DNA of 63,988 nt, counting the filler, from an uncultured bacterium (GTDB lineage: Bacteria; CAZSTA01): the NCBI GenBank assembly GCA_964609495.1. It is 4 parts of 4 records of this genome, joined end to end, with 100 filler letters (N's around TTAATTAATTAA, not from the genome) between each part and the next. Parts side by side here need not be neighbours in the genome. Positions count along the whole stretch, not along the records: positions 38,985 to 57,412 come from CAZSTA010000057.1; 3 more parts are not named here. The stretch is one strand, 5' to 3'. Position numbers and translations under genes: made by a program. The notes beneath the pieces were generated by a model that searched no databases, had not been told where the DNA came from, and worked only from the letters and a program-made list of their open reading frames with translations. Below, in pieces: positions 40,943 to 50,414 of this stretch (positions are counted from its first letter, which is position 1; each line of letters begins with the position of its first letter).

Positions 40943-41896
40943 ATGGATGATAAAAGAACCAAGTTAATCAGAAAGGCGGCTAAGGAATTATTATCGGAGG
41001 GAAAAGTCGAGGTAGTGATCGGTTTTGAGCGTGGCACTCTGCCTGGCCGTTCAATACCAGCTTTCATCAGAGCGGTGGAAGATGTGGATAGGCTCATCTG
41101 GGACTCTGCCTGTGAGAACAACCTAGCTACCTTCATAACCAAAGTCAAGGGTCCAGTAGCGATCGTAGTTAAGGGATGTGACTCTCGTTCAGTAGTTAAT
41201 CACCTCAAGGAGAATCAGATAAAGCGTGAGGATATAGTAGTCATCGGAGTTCCATGCGAGGGGATGATAGATAGAAAGAAGATCGATAAGTTGTTAGGAG
41301 ATAGGGAGTTATTAGAATTTAAAGAGGAAGACGATAAGATCACTCTCAAAGGAGATGGCTTCGAGGAGGTCGTATCTAAGGAGGAACTCCTTCCCGAATT
41401 TTGTCAATTATGTCGTCATCGCAATCCGGTCCTTTATGATATCCTCATCGGGGAGAAAGTCCCGGAGCAAACCGATGTTAACTTCTATTCGGTAATAGAT
41501 GAATTTGAGGAGAAAACTCCGGAGGAGAGATGGGAATATTTAAATAGCGAATTCAGTCGCTGTATAAGGTGTTATGCCTGTATAAAGGCTTGTCCTCTTT
41601 GCTATTGTGATACCTGCTTTGTGGATCGCTCGGATCCGGTATGGGTGGGAAAGACTACTAATCTCTCGGAATTAGAGAGTATGCATATCATACGCGCCCT
41701 TCATATGGCAGGTCGTTGCGTGGATTGTGGGGCGTGTGCGAGAGCTTGCCCGATGGATATCGATATCAGGAAGCTGACGAAGAAGTTGGAAAGGGATGTA
41801 TTAGAACTGTGGGGATATGATGCTGGAGTCGATGTTGAGGAGACTCCCCCTCTGGCGACTTTCAATCCCAATGATCCCCAAGAGTTCATTATGTAG
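40943..41896 (+). CDS. FlxC-like 4Fe-4S protein (FdhB/FrhB-related)
   Basis: KGCDSR, CIRCYACIKACPLCYC, GRCVDCGACARACP. Confidence 0.75.
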   Translation: MDDKRTKLIRKAAKELLSEGKVEVVIGFERGTLPGRSIPAFIRAVEDVDRLIWDSACENNLATFITKVKGPVAIVVKGCDSRSVVNHLKENQIKREDIVVIGVPCEGMIDRKKIDKLLGDRELLEFKEEDDKITLKGDGFEEVVSKEELLPEFCQLCRHRNPVLYDILIGEKVPEQTDVNFYSVIDEFEEKTPEERWEYLNSEFSRCIRCYACIKACPLCYCDTCFVDRSDPVWVGKTTNLSELESMHIIRALHMAGRCVDCGACARACPMDIDIRKLTKKLERDVLELWGYDAGVDVEETPPLATFNPNDPQEFIM

Positions 41897-41947
41897 GGAG
41901 TTATTACGAGATTTCGGACTTTAATCTTCAAGCATTAGGAGTGAAAG

Positions 41948-43027
41948 ATGACCGATAAGATACTCAAGAAAAATGATTTAGAGCCGATTCTAAATGATCT
42001 AATAGCAAACTATCGAGTATATGCCCCTGTTAAAGAGCCTGAGATGGTGATCTTCAAGGAGATCGAGAAGGCAGAAGATGCTTATCTAGATTACACCAAC
42101 TCCAAGCGATCTCCTAAATACGTTTTTCTCCCCCAATTTGAGGAGATGTTCGAGTTCAGAAAGGGCGAGGAGGGAATAGAGGTAGATACTCCTGATGATA
42201 TCTACCAAAAGACGGTCCTCTTTGGAGTTCGACCTTGCGACGCTATGGCGGCGAGTATGCTGGACTCAGTCTTCGATTGGGGAGAGGAGGATGACATCTA
42301 TTATCTAGCCAGAAGGGAGAATACTACCGTAGTAGGATTAGCTTGTCTAAATCCTAGTAGTTTATGCTTCTGCACCTCTATGGGAGGTGGACCCTTTGCC
42401 ACGAGAGGATTGGATATCCTATTAGTCGATCTAGGCAATAGATATCTAGTTCGCTCGATTACCGAGAAGGGAGAGGCATTAATATCCCAGTGGAAAGATG
42501 GAGGAAGCCTCCCCTCTACCCCTCCTATTTTATTCGAAGGATTAATCGAAGCAGACGAGGCTGATAGAGAGGCCGCGGAGAGATTGGAGAAAGAGGCTAT
42601 TGCTAAGATCAAATCGGAGGTTAAGTTAGAGGGAGTAAAGGAGAAGCTCGATGGGATGTTTGAGGATCCCTATTGGGATACACTACATCTGAGGTGCATC
42701 GGCTGTGGCGTCTGTACCTATCTTTGTCCAACCTGCCATTGCTTCGATATCACAGATGAGATGAGAGGCAGAAGGGGGGTTCGAGTGCGCACTTGGGATT
42801 CTTGTATGTTCCCTCTATTCACCCTTCACACCTCTGGCCATAATCCCAGAAATTCGGGCAAGGAACGGATGAGGCAAAGGGTGATGCACAAATTCAATTA
42901 CTTCGTGGAGAAGTTTGGAGATACCGCATGCGTAGGATGTGGACGATGTGTGAGATATTGCCCGGTTAATATAGATATTCGGGCGATAATCAATGAGATT
43001 TCGGAGATGGAAATTGGCGATAGATAG
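41948..43027 (+). CDS. FlxB/AsrA-like 4Fe-4S protein
   Basis: GVRPCD, CFCTS, CIGCGVCTYLCPTCHCF, WDSC, CVGCGRCVRYCP. Confidence 0.82.
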   Translation: MTDKILKKNDLEPILNDLIANYRVYAPVKEPEMVIFKEIEKAEDAYLDYTNSKRSPKYVFLPQFEEMFEFRKGEEGIEVDTPDDIYQKTVLFGVRPCDAMAASMLDSVFDWGEEDDIYYLARRENTTVVGLACLNPSSLCFCTSMGGGPFATRGLDILLVDLGNRYLVRSITEKGEALISQWKDGGSLPSTPPILFEGLIEADEADREAAERLEKEAIAKIKSEVKLEGVKEKLDGMFEDPYWDTLHLRCIGCGVCTYLCPTCHCFDITDEMRGRRGVRVRTWDSCMFPLFTLHTSGHNPRNSGKERMRQRVMHKFNYFVEKFGDTACVGCGRCVRYCPVNIDIRAIINEISEMEIGDR

Positions 43028-43078
43028 TGAGTATAAATAATTTCCACTTTTAAATGATAATAGGGGAGGAGAAAGGAT

Positions 43079-43957
43079 ATGAAAGATACAGGAGAGGTAG
43101 AGGGGAGAATGCATCTTCATAATAACCCTTATCTACCTTATCCAATGATCATCAGAAAGATCATTTCGGAAAATGCTGTTAATGATATAAAGACCTTCGA
43201 GTTGGTATTTAAGAATAAGAAGGATGAAGGGAAGTTCACCTATATGCCGGGGCAGTTCGCAGAAGTCTCTATATGGGGAGCGGGAGAAGCCCCGATAGGA
43301 ATCGCCTCCTCACCGACTCAGAAGGGATACCTTCAGTTCACAGTGAAGAAGATGGGGGTGGTGACGAGCGCCCTTCATAACTCTAACGAAGGTGATGAAG
43401 TAGGGATAAGGGGACCCTATGGCAACTGGTTCCCGATGGATCTGCTGGAGGAAAGCAATGTATATATCATCGGAGGAGGGTTCGCTTTCACTACGCTCAG
43501 ATCTCTCACTAACTATATACTTCATCCCGATAATAGAGATCGCTTTGAGGACCTGGTGGTGATCTATGGAGCGCGTGATCCGGGAGAGCTTATCTATAAG
43601 TATGAGCTAAAGGAGTGGAGCGAAAACGAGAATCTCGATCTGGTGGTGACGGTTGATAAGGGCGATGAGAATTGGACCGGACGCGAAGGATATGTGCCTA
43701 CGATAGTCAAGGAGGAGCAACTCAGTCCCGAGAACGCAGTAGCTGTAGTTTGTGGACCTCCTATTATGATAAAGTTTACCTTTCCAGTTCTACTGGAAGC
43801 GGGGTTTAGCCCCGATAGGATCCTTAACTCGCTGGAGATGAGGATGAAATGTGGCATCGGAAAGTGTGGCAGGTGTAATATCGGCAGTAAATATGTCTGT
43901 AAGGATGGCCCGATATTTACCTATGCTCAGCTTCAAGAGATGCCGAAGGAGTATTAA
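43079..43957 (+). CDS. FlxA/AsrB-like FAD/NAD(P)-binding 2Fe-2S oxidoreductase
   Basis: PGQF, RGPYG, GGGFA, CGPP.M, MKCGIGKCGRC...CKDGP. Confidence 0.85.
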   Translation: MKDTGEVEGRMHLHNNPYLPYPMIIRKIISENAVNDIKTFELVFKNKKDEGKFTYMPGQFAEVSIWGAGEAPIGIASSPTQKGYLQFTVKKMGVVTSALHNSNEGDEVGIRGPYGNWFPMDLLEESNVYIIGGGFAFTTLRSLTNYILHPDNRDRFEDLVVIYGARDPGELIYKYELKEWSENENLDLVVTVDKGDENWTGREGYVPTIVKEEQLSPENAVAVVCGPPIMIKFTFPVLLEAGFSPDRILNSLEMRMKCGIGKCGRCNIGSKYVCKDGPIFTYAQLQEMPKEY

Positions 43958-44086
43958 CAAATTTTCCGTCTTCCAATTCAGGAATAGAATAGAACTATGA
44001 GATGAAGATGTCTTAGTTACGGAAACCCAAATATAGAGATCGCTCTATTAATGAATTTGAACATTCCTGATCTGGAATGCAATCAT

Positions 44087-44114
44087 AATCAGGCTTTTTA
44101 TAAGCCTGATTTTT
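44087..44114 (+). terminator. intrinsic terminator
   Basis: AATCAGGCTT...AAGCCTGATT followed by a T-run. Confidence 0.7.
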
Positions 44115-44125
44115 CAATTGAATAC

Positions 44126-44154
44126 TTGACAGTGATTTATAATTTGAGTATAAT
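44126..44154 (+). promoter_or_regulatory. promoter of the sugar ABC operon
   Basis: perfect TTGACA-17-TATAAT. Confidence 0.75.
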
Positions 44155-44337
44155 ATGAACAGACAACCAAATATCCACCTAAGTGGAGGCGTTAAACCTA
44201 TAGCCTACCATATATAAAGGGTGGAAGGTGGAAAGGAGGTGTAATAAAGGGGTCTATCAATAGTTACTGAAGCTCATAATCTCAGGTTGTAGGTAGCATC
44301 AGAATCAAAATTTGAAACTAATAAGGAGGTAAATCTT

Positions 44338-45579
44338 ATGAAAAGTAGATCGAAACTCATATATGTAATAGTTCTTTGCATCCTTTCTATGCTGGTATTT
44401 GCTAACATCTCTTGGGCGAAAACCAATGTGAAATTGCTCGGTCCAGTGGTCCCTCCCTATCGTCTCGTTGAGTTCAAGAAGATAATCGAGATCTTCCACA
44501 AGGAGGTTCCCGATATCAGAGTCACCATAGAGCAGGCTTCTAGCTGGCCTGACACCGAGACGAAAATTGTAATCAGATATGCCGCCGGGGGAGGAGGCGT
44601 AGATCTCCTGCAAATAGGGGAAACTGGAGCGGCTACGGAGTTTGCTTCCAGAGGAATGCTGGAGAATCTCGATCCTTATCTCGAGAAGGATGAAACTTTA
44701 GACCTCTCTATGTTCTTTGATGCTCCGATGAAAGCTGGTCAGTGGATGGGTAAAACGTATGCTATCCCTCAAGATTCTATGACCACCATCCTATACTATA
44801 ATGAAGATCTACTTGAGAAGGCTGGTTTAGAAGGTCCTCCTCAAACCTTTGAAGAGCTTCGAGAATATGCTATAAAGATGACTAACAAAGAGGAGAAGCA
44901 ATGGGGCTTCTTCATAGGAGCCTCAGCCCAAGCGCTCTCAGAGGTATTATACCCCAATGGCGGAAGTTATATGAACGAAGATAACACTATGCCAACCTTC
45001 AATGATGATCTCGGAGTGGAAGCTCTTCAATATTACGTCGATAATATTCACAAGTATGAATGCCAAGCTCCAGTGGGAACTGACTCCAATGACCTCTGGA
45101 TAAAAGGCAAGATGGCTATGCTGATCACGGTGCCCTGGATAGTGGGATATACCGCCAATTACGGACCGGATGTCAAGTATAGCACTAATATCCATCCCCA
45201 GGGGAAGGTAGGTCGGACTGGATGGGGCTGGGCTCACTATATAAGCATCCTCTCTACCAGCAAGAATAAGGAGGAAGCCTACCAATTCATGTCCTTTATG
45301 TTTAGAGGTGAGATCGATACTCTATATCATGATAAACTAAACTTCCTTCCTGGCAAGAAATCTACTTGGGAGAAACCGCCCTTCAGCGAGCATCCAGCTT
45401 GGATAACCTTTGGAAAGCAGTTGGCGGATACTAAACCTTTCCCCATCTTCCCAGGCTGGCGAGAGATAAGTAAGCTTCTGGATACTGAGATGGAGGCGGC
45501 ATTCTTAGCAGAGAAGGAGCCTAAGCAAGCCTTAGATGATGCGGCGGCGAAGGTTAAAAATCTGCTGGGAGTTGAATAA
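44338..45579 (+). CDS. CUT1 sugar ABC transporter substrate-binding protein
   Basis: signal peptide; GKTYAIP, LYYNEDL.EKAG...PP.T.EEL. Confidence 0.9.
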   Translation: MKSRSKLIYVIVLCILSMLVFANISWAKTNVKLLGPVVPPYRLVEFKKIIEIFHKEVPDIRVTIEQASSWPDTETKIVIRYAAGGGGVDLLQIGETGAATEFASRGMLENLDPYLEKDETLDLSMFFDAPMKAGQWMGKTYAIPQDSMTTILYYNEDLLEKAGLEGPPQTFEELREYAIKMTNKEEKQWGFFIGASAQALSEVLYPNGGSYMNEDNTMPTFNDDLGVEALQYYVDNIHKYECQAPVGTDSNDLWIKGKMAMLITVPWIVGYTANYGPDVKYSTNIHPQGKVGRTGWGWAHYISILSTSKNKEEAYQFMSFMFRGEIDTLYHDKLNFLPGKKSTWEKPPFSEHPAWITFGKQLADTKPFPIFPGWREISKLLDTEMEAAFLAEKEPKQALDDAAAKVKNLLGVE

Positions 45580-45591
45580 AATCTAGGGTTA

Positions 45592-45625
45592 AAGACGGGA
45601 TGGCAAACGATGTCATCTCGTCTTT
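45592..45625 (+). terminator. intra-operon hairpin after the substrate-binding gene
   Basis: AAGACGGGATGGCA-AACGA-TGTCATCTCGTCTT followed by Ts. Confidence 0.6.
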
Positions 45626-45654
45626 TGTTTAATATTCTAAGCGGGGGAAGAAGT

Positions 45655-46545
45655 ATGCAAATGAAAATATCGCTTAAGAAAAATTTAGAAGGTTATCTCT
45701 TCATATCTCCCTGGTTGATCGGTTTCTTCCTATTTATTTTCGGCCCTATCCTCTTCTCTCTATTCGTCAGCCTGTCGAAATGGGATATTATAACTCCTGC
45801 TCAATTCATCGGTTTTGGGAATTATGCTAAGACCTTCAAAGACGAACTCTTTTGGAAATCGCTTCGCATCACCTTTACCTTTGTCTTAACGAGTGTTCCC
45901 ATAAGATTATTGATCGCTCTAACTTTTGCAATGCTACTAAATCAGAAGTTGCGAGGAGTAACTATATTTCGAACCATATTTTATCTTCCAGTTATGCTAT
46001 CTGGAGTAATTTTGGGTATTCTCTGGGCCTGGATCTACAGCCCCGATTATGGGTTGCTCAACTCTATGCTTGAGATTATCGGTATCAAGGGACCTCGGTG
46101 GCTATCCACTCCTCGTCTGGCGATGACCTCGATCATAGTGATGAGCCTTTGGCGGGTAGGGGGGATGATGGTTATCTTCCTAGCTGGGCTTCAGGATATT
46201 CCCACTCAGCTTTACGATGCCGCAGATATAGATGGAGCAGGAGATTGGATGAAATTCACTAGGATAACGATTCCGATGTTGACCCCTTCGATATTCTTCA
46301 ACTTCGTTATGAGTCTTATCGGAACTTTCCAGATATTTGGAGAGGTGCAGGTGCTTACCGAAGGTGGACCCTATGATTCCACCTTAGTATATATGATACA
46401 CTTATACCAACAAGCCTTCGAATTTCTAAAGATGGGATACGGATCGGCTTTAGCTTGGATACTATTTGTTATAATCTTAGCCTTTACTTTGCTTATATTT
46501 AAATCATCATCTCTATGGGTGTTCTATGGTGGATTGAGGAGGTGA
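45655..46545 (+). CDS. CUT1 sugar ABC permease
   Basis: FLAGLQDIP..LYDAADIDGA EAA loop. Confidence 0.92.
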   Translation: MQMKISLKKNLEGYLFISPWLIGFFLFIFGPILFSLFVSLSKWDIITPAQFIGFGNYAKTFKDELFWKSLRITFTFVLTSVPIRLLIALTFAMLLNQKLRGVTIFRTIFYLPVMLSGVILGILWAWIYSPDYGLLNSMLEIIGIKGPRWLSTPRLAMTSIIVMSLWRVGGMMVIFLAGLQDIPTQLYDAADIDGAGDWMKFTRITIPMLTPSIFFNFVMSLIGTFQIFGEVQVLTEGGPYDSTLVYMIHLYQQAFEFLKMGYGSALAWILFVIILAFTLLIFKSSSLWVFYGGLRR

Positions 46546-46553
46546 GATAAAAT

Positions 46554-47423
46554 ATGGCAGATATAATAGTTAAGTGGAGACCCTCGTTATCGAGAAGGAA
46601 AGTTATTAATGCCTCTATTGTATATATTATCCTTACGATCTCCGCTTTAATCTTCTTCTTCCCCTTCTTCTGGATGCTTTCCACCGCGTTTAAATCTCCT
46701 GCGCAGATCTTCGCTATCCCTATGAGATGGCTACCAAATCCTATTCACTGGCAGAATTTCCCCATAATGTGGGAGCTGATCTCCTTTCAAACTCCACTCT
46801 TGAATTCCATTATTATCACTGGTGGATCCTTGCTAGGCATCTTGATCTCCGGTCCTTTAGTTGCTTTTGGCTTCGCCCGACTCGATTTTAAGGGGAAGGA
46901 TTTCCTCTTTATCGTCCTCCTAGGAACTATAATGCTTCCCAGACAGATCACGATCATTCCTCTATACATAATCTATCGCCATCTCAACTGGATAGATACA
47001 TTTAAACCCTTCATCATCCCAGCTTTCTTTGGAGGAGGAGCTTTCAACATCTTCCTCCTGCGTCAGTTCTTTATGACAATCCCTTTTGAGTTGGAGGATT
47101 CGGCGAGGATAGATGGTTGTAGCACTTTAGGGATCTTCTGGAGGATATTTATTCCTCTCTCCAAACCCGTATTGGCTGCGGTAGGGATATTCTCCTTCGT
47201 TGGCGTTTGGAACGATTATTTCCGCCCTTTGATCTTCTTATCCTCGGCGGAGAAGATCCCCCTCACGGTGGCTTTAGCTCTATTTAAAGATGTTCAGGGG
47301 GGATTAGAATACAATATGGTGATGGCGGCAGCGCTTGTTGCTACTGTCCCTTGTATAGTGATCTTTTTAGCAGCCCAAAAATATTTTGTGGAAGGGATCG
47401 CTCTAACGGGGATCAAAGAATAG
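46554..47423 (+). CDS. CUT1 sugar ABC permease
   Basis: LRQFF.TIP.ELEDSARIDG, WNDY. Confidence 0.92.
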   Translation: MADIIVKWRPSLSRRKVINASIVYIILTISALIFFFPFFWMLSTAFKSPAQIFAIPMRWLPNPIHWQNFPIMWELISFQTPLLNSIIITGGSLLGILISGPLVAFGFARLDFKGKDFLFIVLLGTIMLPRQITIIPLYIIYRHLNWIDTFKPFIIPAFFGGGAFNIFLLRQFFMTIPFELEDSARIDGCSTLGIFWRIFIPLSKPVLAAVGIFSFVGVWNDYFRPLIFLSSAEKIPLTVALALFKDVQGGLEYNMVMAAALVATVPCIVIFLAAQKYFVEGIALTGIKE

Positions 47424-47470
47424 CGATATTTCCTGTCATAAAACGATCTTTTAGGAGGCATAGGGGTAAA

Positions 47471-48610
47471 ATGATCGATTTTAAGCGCCATAATGAAGAG
47501 GTGCAGGAGCTATGGGATAGCTTTAATTCGGGGAAACCAATCAGGACTCCGGCAGTTATGGGAGTGCGCACCAGATATTACGTATTTAACAAGGAGATAA
47601 ATGATAAGGGATATACCTTTCGTGATTATTACAATAACCCCGAGGTGATGATGGAGCTTCAACTGAAGGGGCAGAAGTGGAGTAGATTCAATGTCGTTCA
47701 TGATAGGGAGATGGGACTTCCTGATGAGTGGGATGGGATATACGTCGATTTTCATGGCATTACGGAGGAGGCGTGGCTGGGGAATGAGATATTTTGGTCG
47801 GACGATAACGTGGTAGATTCTTGGCCGATGCTTCAGGAGGACAAGAATAAGTTCTATGACCTCGAAATACCCGACCCATTACATGGCACTCTTATGGCTA
47901 GAGTCTATGAATATTACGAATACTTAGAGGATAAGAGAAAGAACTTTGAATATGAAGGAAGACCTATCGGACGAACCATCGTTCAGATTGGAACGGGAAC
48001 CGGATTATTTACCCTAGCCACTAAGATCAGGGGGACAAGTGAGGTTTGCATAGATATGTATGAAGATCCCGATTACTATCACGATTTGATGAACTTTCTG
48101 ACCGAGGCTAGTATAACTAGGACTGAAGCTTGGTGCGATTTTCTGGGGATAGAATATCCTCAGCCGAGTTGGGGCTTCCCTGACGACTCCATACAGCTTC
48201 TATCTAAGGATATGTATAGGAGGATGGTTCTACCTTATCATAAGCGTCAGTTCGACGTCTTCTCCAAAGGAGGTCCCAATAGTATGCACATCTGCGGAGC
48301 GGCTCATCACCTCCACAAGATCATTCGCGATGAATTAAACGTCCAAACCTTCGATTGCGGATATGGCACCGATGTTATCGCGGGCAGGAGGGAAGTTGGT
48401 CCAGAGGTGCTATATCAGTGGCGATTTCATCCTAACTTACTATGTGATGATGTAGGAGGGGAGATAGAAAAAGCGGTTAAATGGATGTTCGATTCAGAGG
48501 CCAGAGAAGGAGGAAGATTTATCCTCTCCGAAGTAAGTTATGCCGGGATGAAATTGGATAATTGGGATAGAATGTATAAGGCGGCAAAGGAATATGGAAA
48601 ATTCAATTAA
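47471..48610 (+). CDS. uroporphyrinogen decarboxylase / MtaA-like family protein
   Basis: FTLA..IRG, DMYEDP, PDD..LLS..MY...VLPY, HICG; start at ATG 47471. Confidence 0.75.
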   Translation: MIDFKRHNEEVQELWDSFNSGKPIRTPAVMGVRTRYYVFNKEINDKGYTFRDYYNNPEVMMELQLKGQKWSRFNVVHDREMGLPDEWDGIYVDFHGITEEAWLGNEIFWSDDNVVDSWPMLQEDKNKFYDLEIPDPLHGTLMARVYEYYEYLEDKRKNFEYEGRPIGRTIVQIGTGTGLFTLATKIRGTSEVCIDMYEDPDYYHDLMNFLTEASITRTEAWCDFLGIEYPQPSWGFPDDSIQLLSKDMYRRMVLPYHKRQFDVFSKGGPNSMHICGAAHHLHKIIRDELNVQTFDCGYGTDVIAGRREVGPEVLYQWRFHPNLLCDDVGGEIEKAVKWMFDSEAREGGRFILSEVSYAGMKLDNWDRMYKAAKEYGKFN

Positions 48611-48801
48611 CATAACAGGAAACAGTTCCCCTGGAAGCTGGAGATACGATCATCAGCTAACGCGACATTGAGCTTTAACTGGAAAGCTTTGAAGTGCTAT
48701 GTAACTGACAACTTGCTATTCCTCCAAAAAATTCCCTTATGACCAATAAAATTCGGATAGATACTTGACTCTAAGTTAGGGAAAGAAAGGAGTCGAATCC
48801 A

Positions 48802-49497
48802 ATGGATAAGGGTGAAGATACAGGATATGATGATATTCTTAAAAAGCTAAAATCTTTGTCCAATCCCCAAGCGATTGAGGGTATGGCAAAATATGGGATT
48901 ACTGCGAAGAATACTTATGGGGTGTCAATTCCAAATCTAAGAAAGCTTGCTAAGGAAATAGGAGTAAATCATAATCTTGCCCAACAACTCTGGACATCAG
49001 ACATCCGTGAAACTAGGATACTGGCGAGTATGATCGGTGATCCGAAGATGGTTACTGAGGAGCAAATGGAGGAATGGGTAAAAGACTTTGACTATTGGGA
49101 GATCTGCGACCAGTGCTGTATGAACCTCTTTGAAAAGACCGAATTTGCATATCAAAAGTGTGTTGAGTGGAGTTCAAGAGAGGAAGAATTCGTCAAAAGA
49201 GCGGGATTCGTATTAATGGCTTGCTTGGCTGTTAGTGATAAGAAAGCGGATGATAAAGAATTTGAGAGATTTTTTCCTATCATAAAGAGAGAAGCAGATG
49301 ATAATAGAAATTTTGTTAAAAAAGCGGTTAATTGGGCATTAAGGCAAATTGGGAAACGCAACCTCAATTTGAATAGGGAGGCGATTGAAACTGCCAAGGA
49401 GATTCAAAAAATGGATTCAAGAGGTGCTAAATGGATCGCCTCTGACGCGATTCGAGAATTAACAAGCGAAGCAGTTCAAAAAAGGTTACGAGGTTAA
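48802..49497 (+). CDS. DNA alkylation repair protein (AlkD-like)
   Basis: GVSIPNLRK.AK, WEICDQ, EFVKRA, VKKAVNWALRQIGK. Confidence 0.88.
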   Translation: MDKGEDTGYDDILKKLKSLSNPQAIEGMAKYGITAKNTYGVSIPNLRKLAKEIGVNHNLAQQLWTSDIRETRILASMIGDPKMVTEEQMEEWVKDFDYWEICDQCCMNLFEKTEFAYQKCVEWSSREEEFVKRAGFVLMACLAVSDKKADDKEFERFFPIIKREADDNRNFVKKAVNWALRQIGKRNLNLNREAIETAKEIQKMDSRGAKWIASDAIRELTSEAVQKRLRG

Positions 49498-49596
49498 GAG
49501 TGCTAATATGCTATCTGCTTAACAGGGGGTTTGCGATTCGCTTGCCTAAATGCTTTCGACACTTCGCAAACAATAATTAAATTTGGGAGGAAAGCT

Positions 49597-50397
49597 ATGC
49601 GAATGCAAAATAAAGTAGCTCTCGTTACAGGAGCAGCCTTAGGATTTAAACGAGGAGGTCCTTCCATAGGAGGGGCAATTGCTATTAAATTGGCAAGCGA
49701 GGGAGCAAAAGTAGCTGTGGTTGATATACGAGAGAAGATGGGACAAAAAACGGTTGATATAATCAGAGAAAGAGGCGGAGAAGCTATTTTCATCCGAGCT
49801 GATGTTACCAATTCAGCAGAAGTAAAGCAAGCAGTCGAGACAGTAGAGATGACCTATAAGCAATTACATTGCTTAGTCAATTGTGCAGCTTCTTATGAGG
49901 GGGATATCTTCAACAATGTGGTAGATACACCGGAAGATGATTGGAACTACGTCTTAGATGTGAATTTAGGCAGTTATTATAGATTTGCGAAATATTCTAT
50001 TCCCTTAATTCTTAAGAGTGGTGGGGGAACAATTGTAAACATCTCTTCTGAGGCGGCATTTAGAGTAATAAAGAACTTCAGCGTTTACCCTGTATCCAAA
50101 GCGGCTATTAATGCCTTAACCCGAACGCTCGCGATAGATTTTGCTCCTCACATTCGAGCTAATGCAATTTGCCCTGGTTTTGTCAGAATTGAAAATTCGG
50201 AAGGCGATCGAACTGAAGAGGAGATCAAAGAGTGGATTGAGGGGATAGCCAAGACATATCCCCCTAAAAGAGTAGCTACTGTAGATGAAATAGCAAATGT
50301 AGCTTTGTTTTTAGCTTCCGATGATTCATCCTTTATAAATGGGGAATGCATTATCGTTGATGGGGGAAGATCTATATCTGATACCCATGAATTTTAA
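49597..50397 (+). CDS. SDR family oxidoreductase
   Basis: ALVTGA...IG, VNISS, YPVSK, NAICPG. Confidence 0.9.
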   Translation: MRMQNKVALVTGAALGFKRGGPSIGGAIAIKLASEGAKVAVVDIREKMGQKTVDIIRERGGEAIFIRADVTNSAEVKQAVETVEMTYKQLHCLVNCAASYEGDIFNNVVDTPEDDWNYVLDVNLGSYYRFAKYSIPLILKSGGGTIVNISSEAAFRVIKNFSVYPVSKAAINALTRTLAIDFAPHIRANAICPGFVRIENSEGDRTEEEIKEWIEGIAKTYPPKRVATVDEIANVALFLASDDSSFINGECIIVDGGRSISDTHEF

Positions 50398-50414
50398 TTA
50401 AGGAGGAAGATCAA

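Noticed and set aside
41948-43957. Anaerobic sulfite reductase asrAB or sulfhydrogenase
   Set aside because: No asrC or NiFe hydrogenase subunit follows; the gene order fits flxCBA better.
48617-48655. Short ETVPLEAGDTII cupin-like fragment in the intergenic region
   Set aside because: Only 12 codons with no start; too short to support a pseudogene call.
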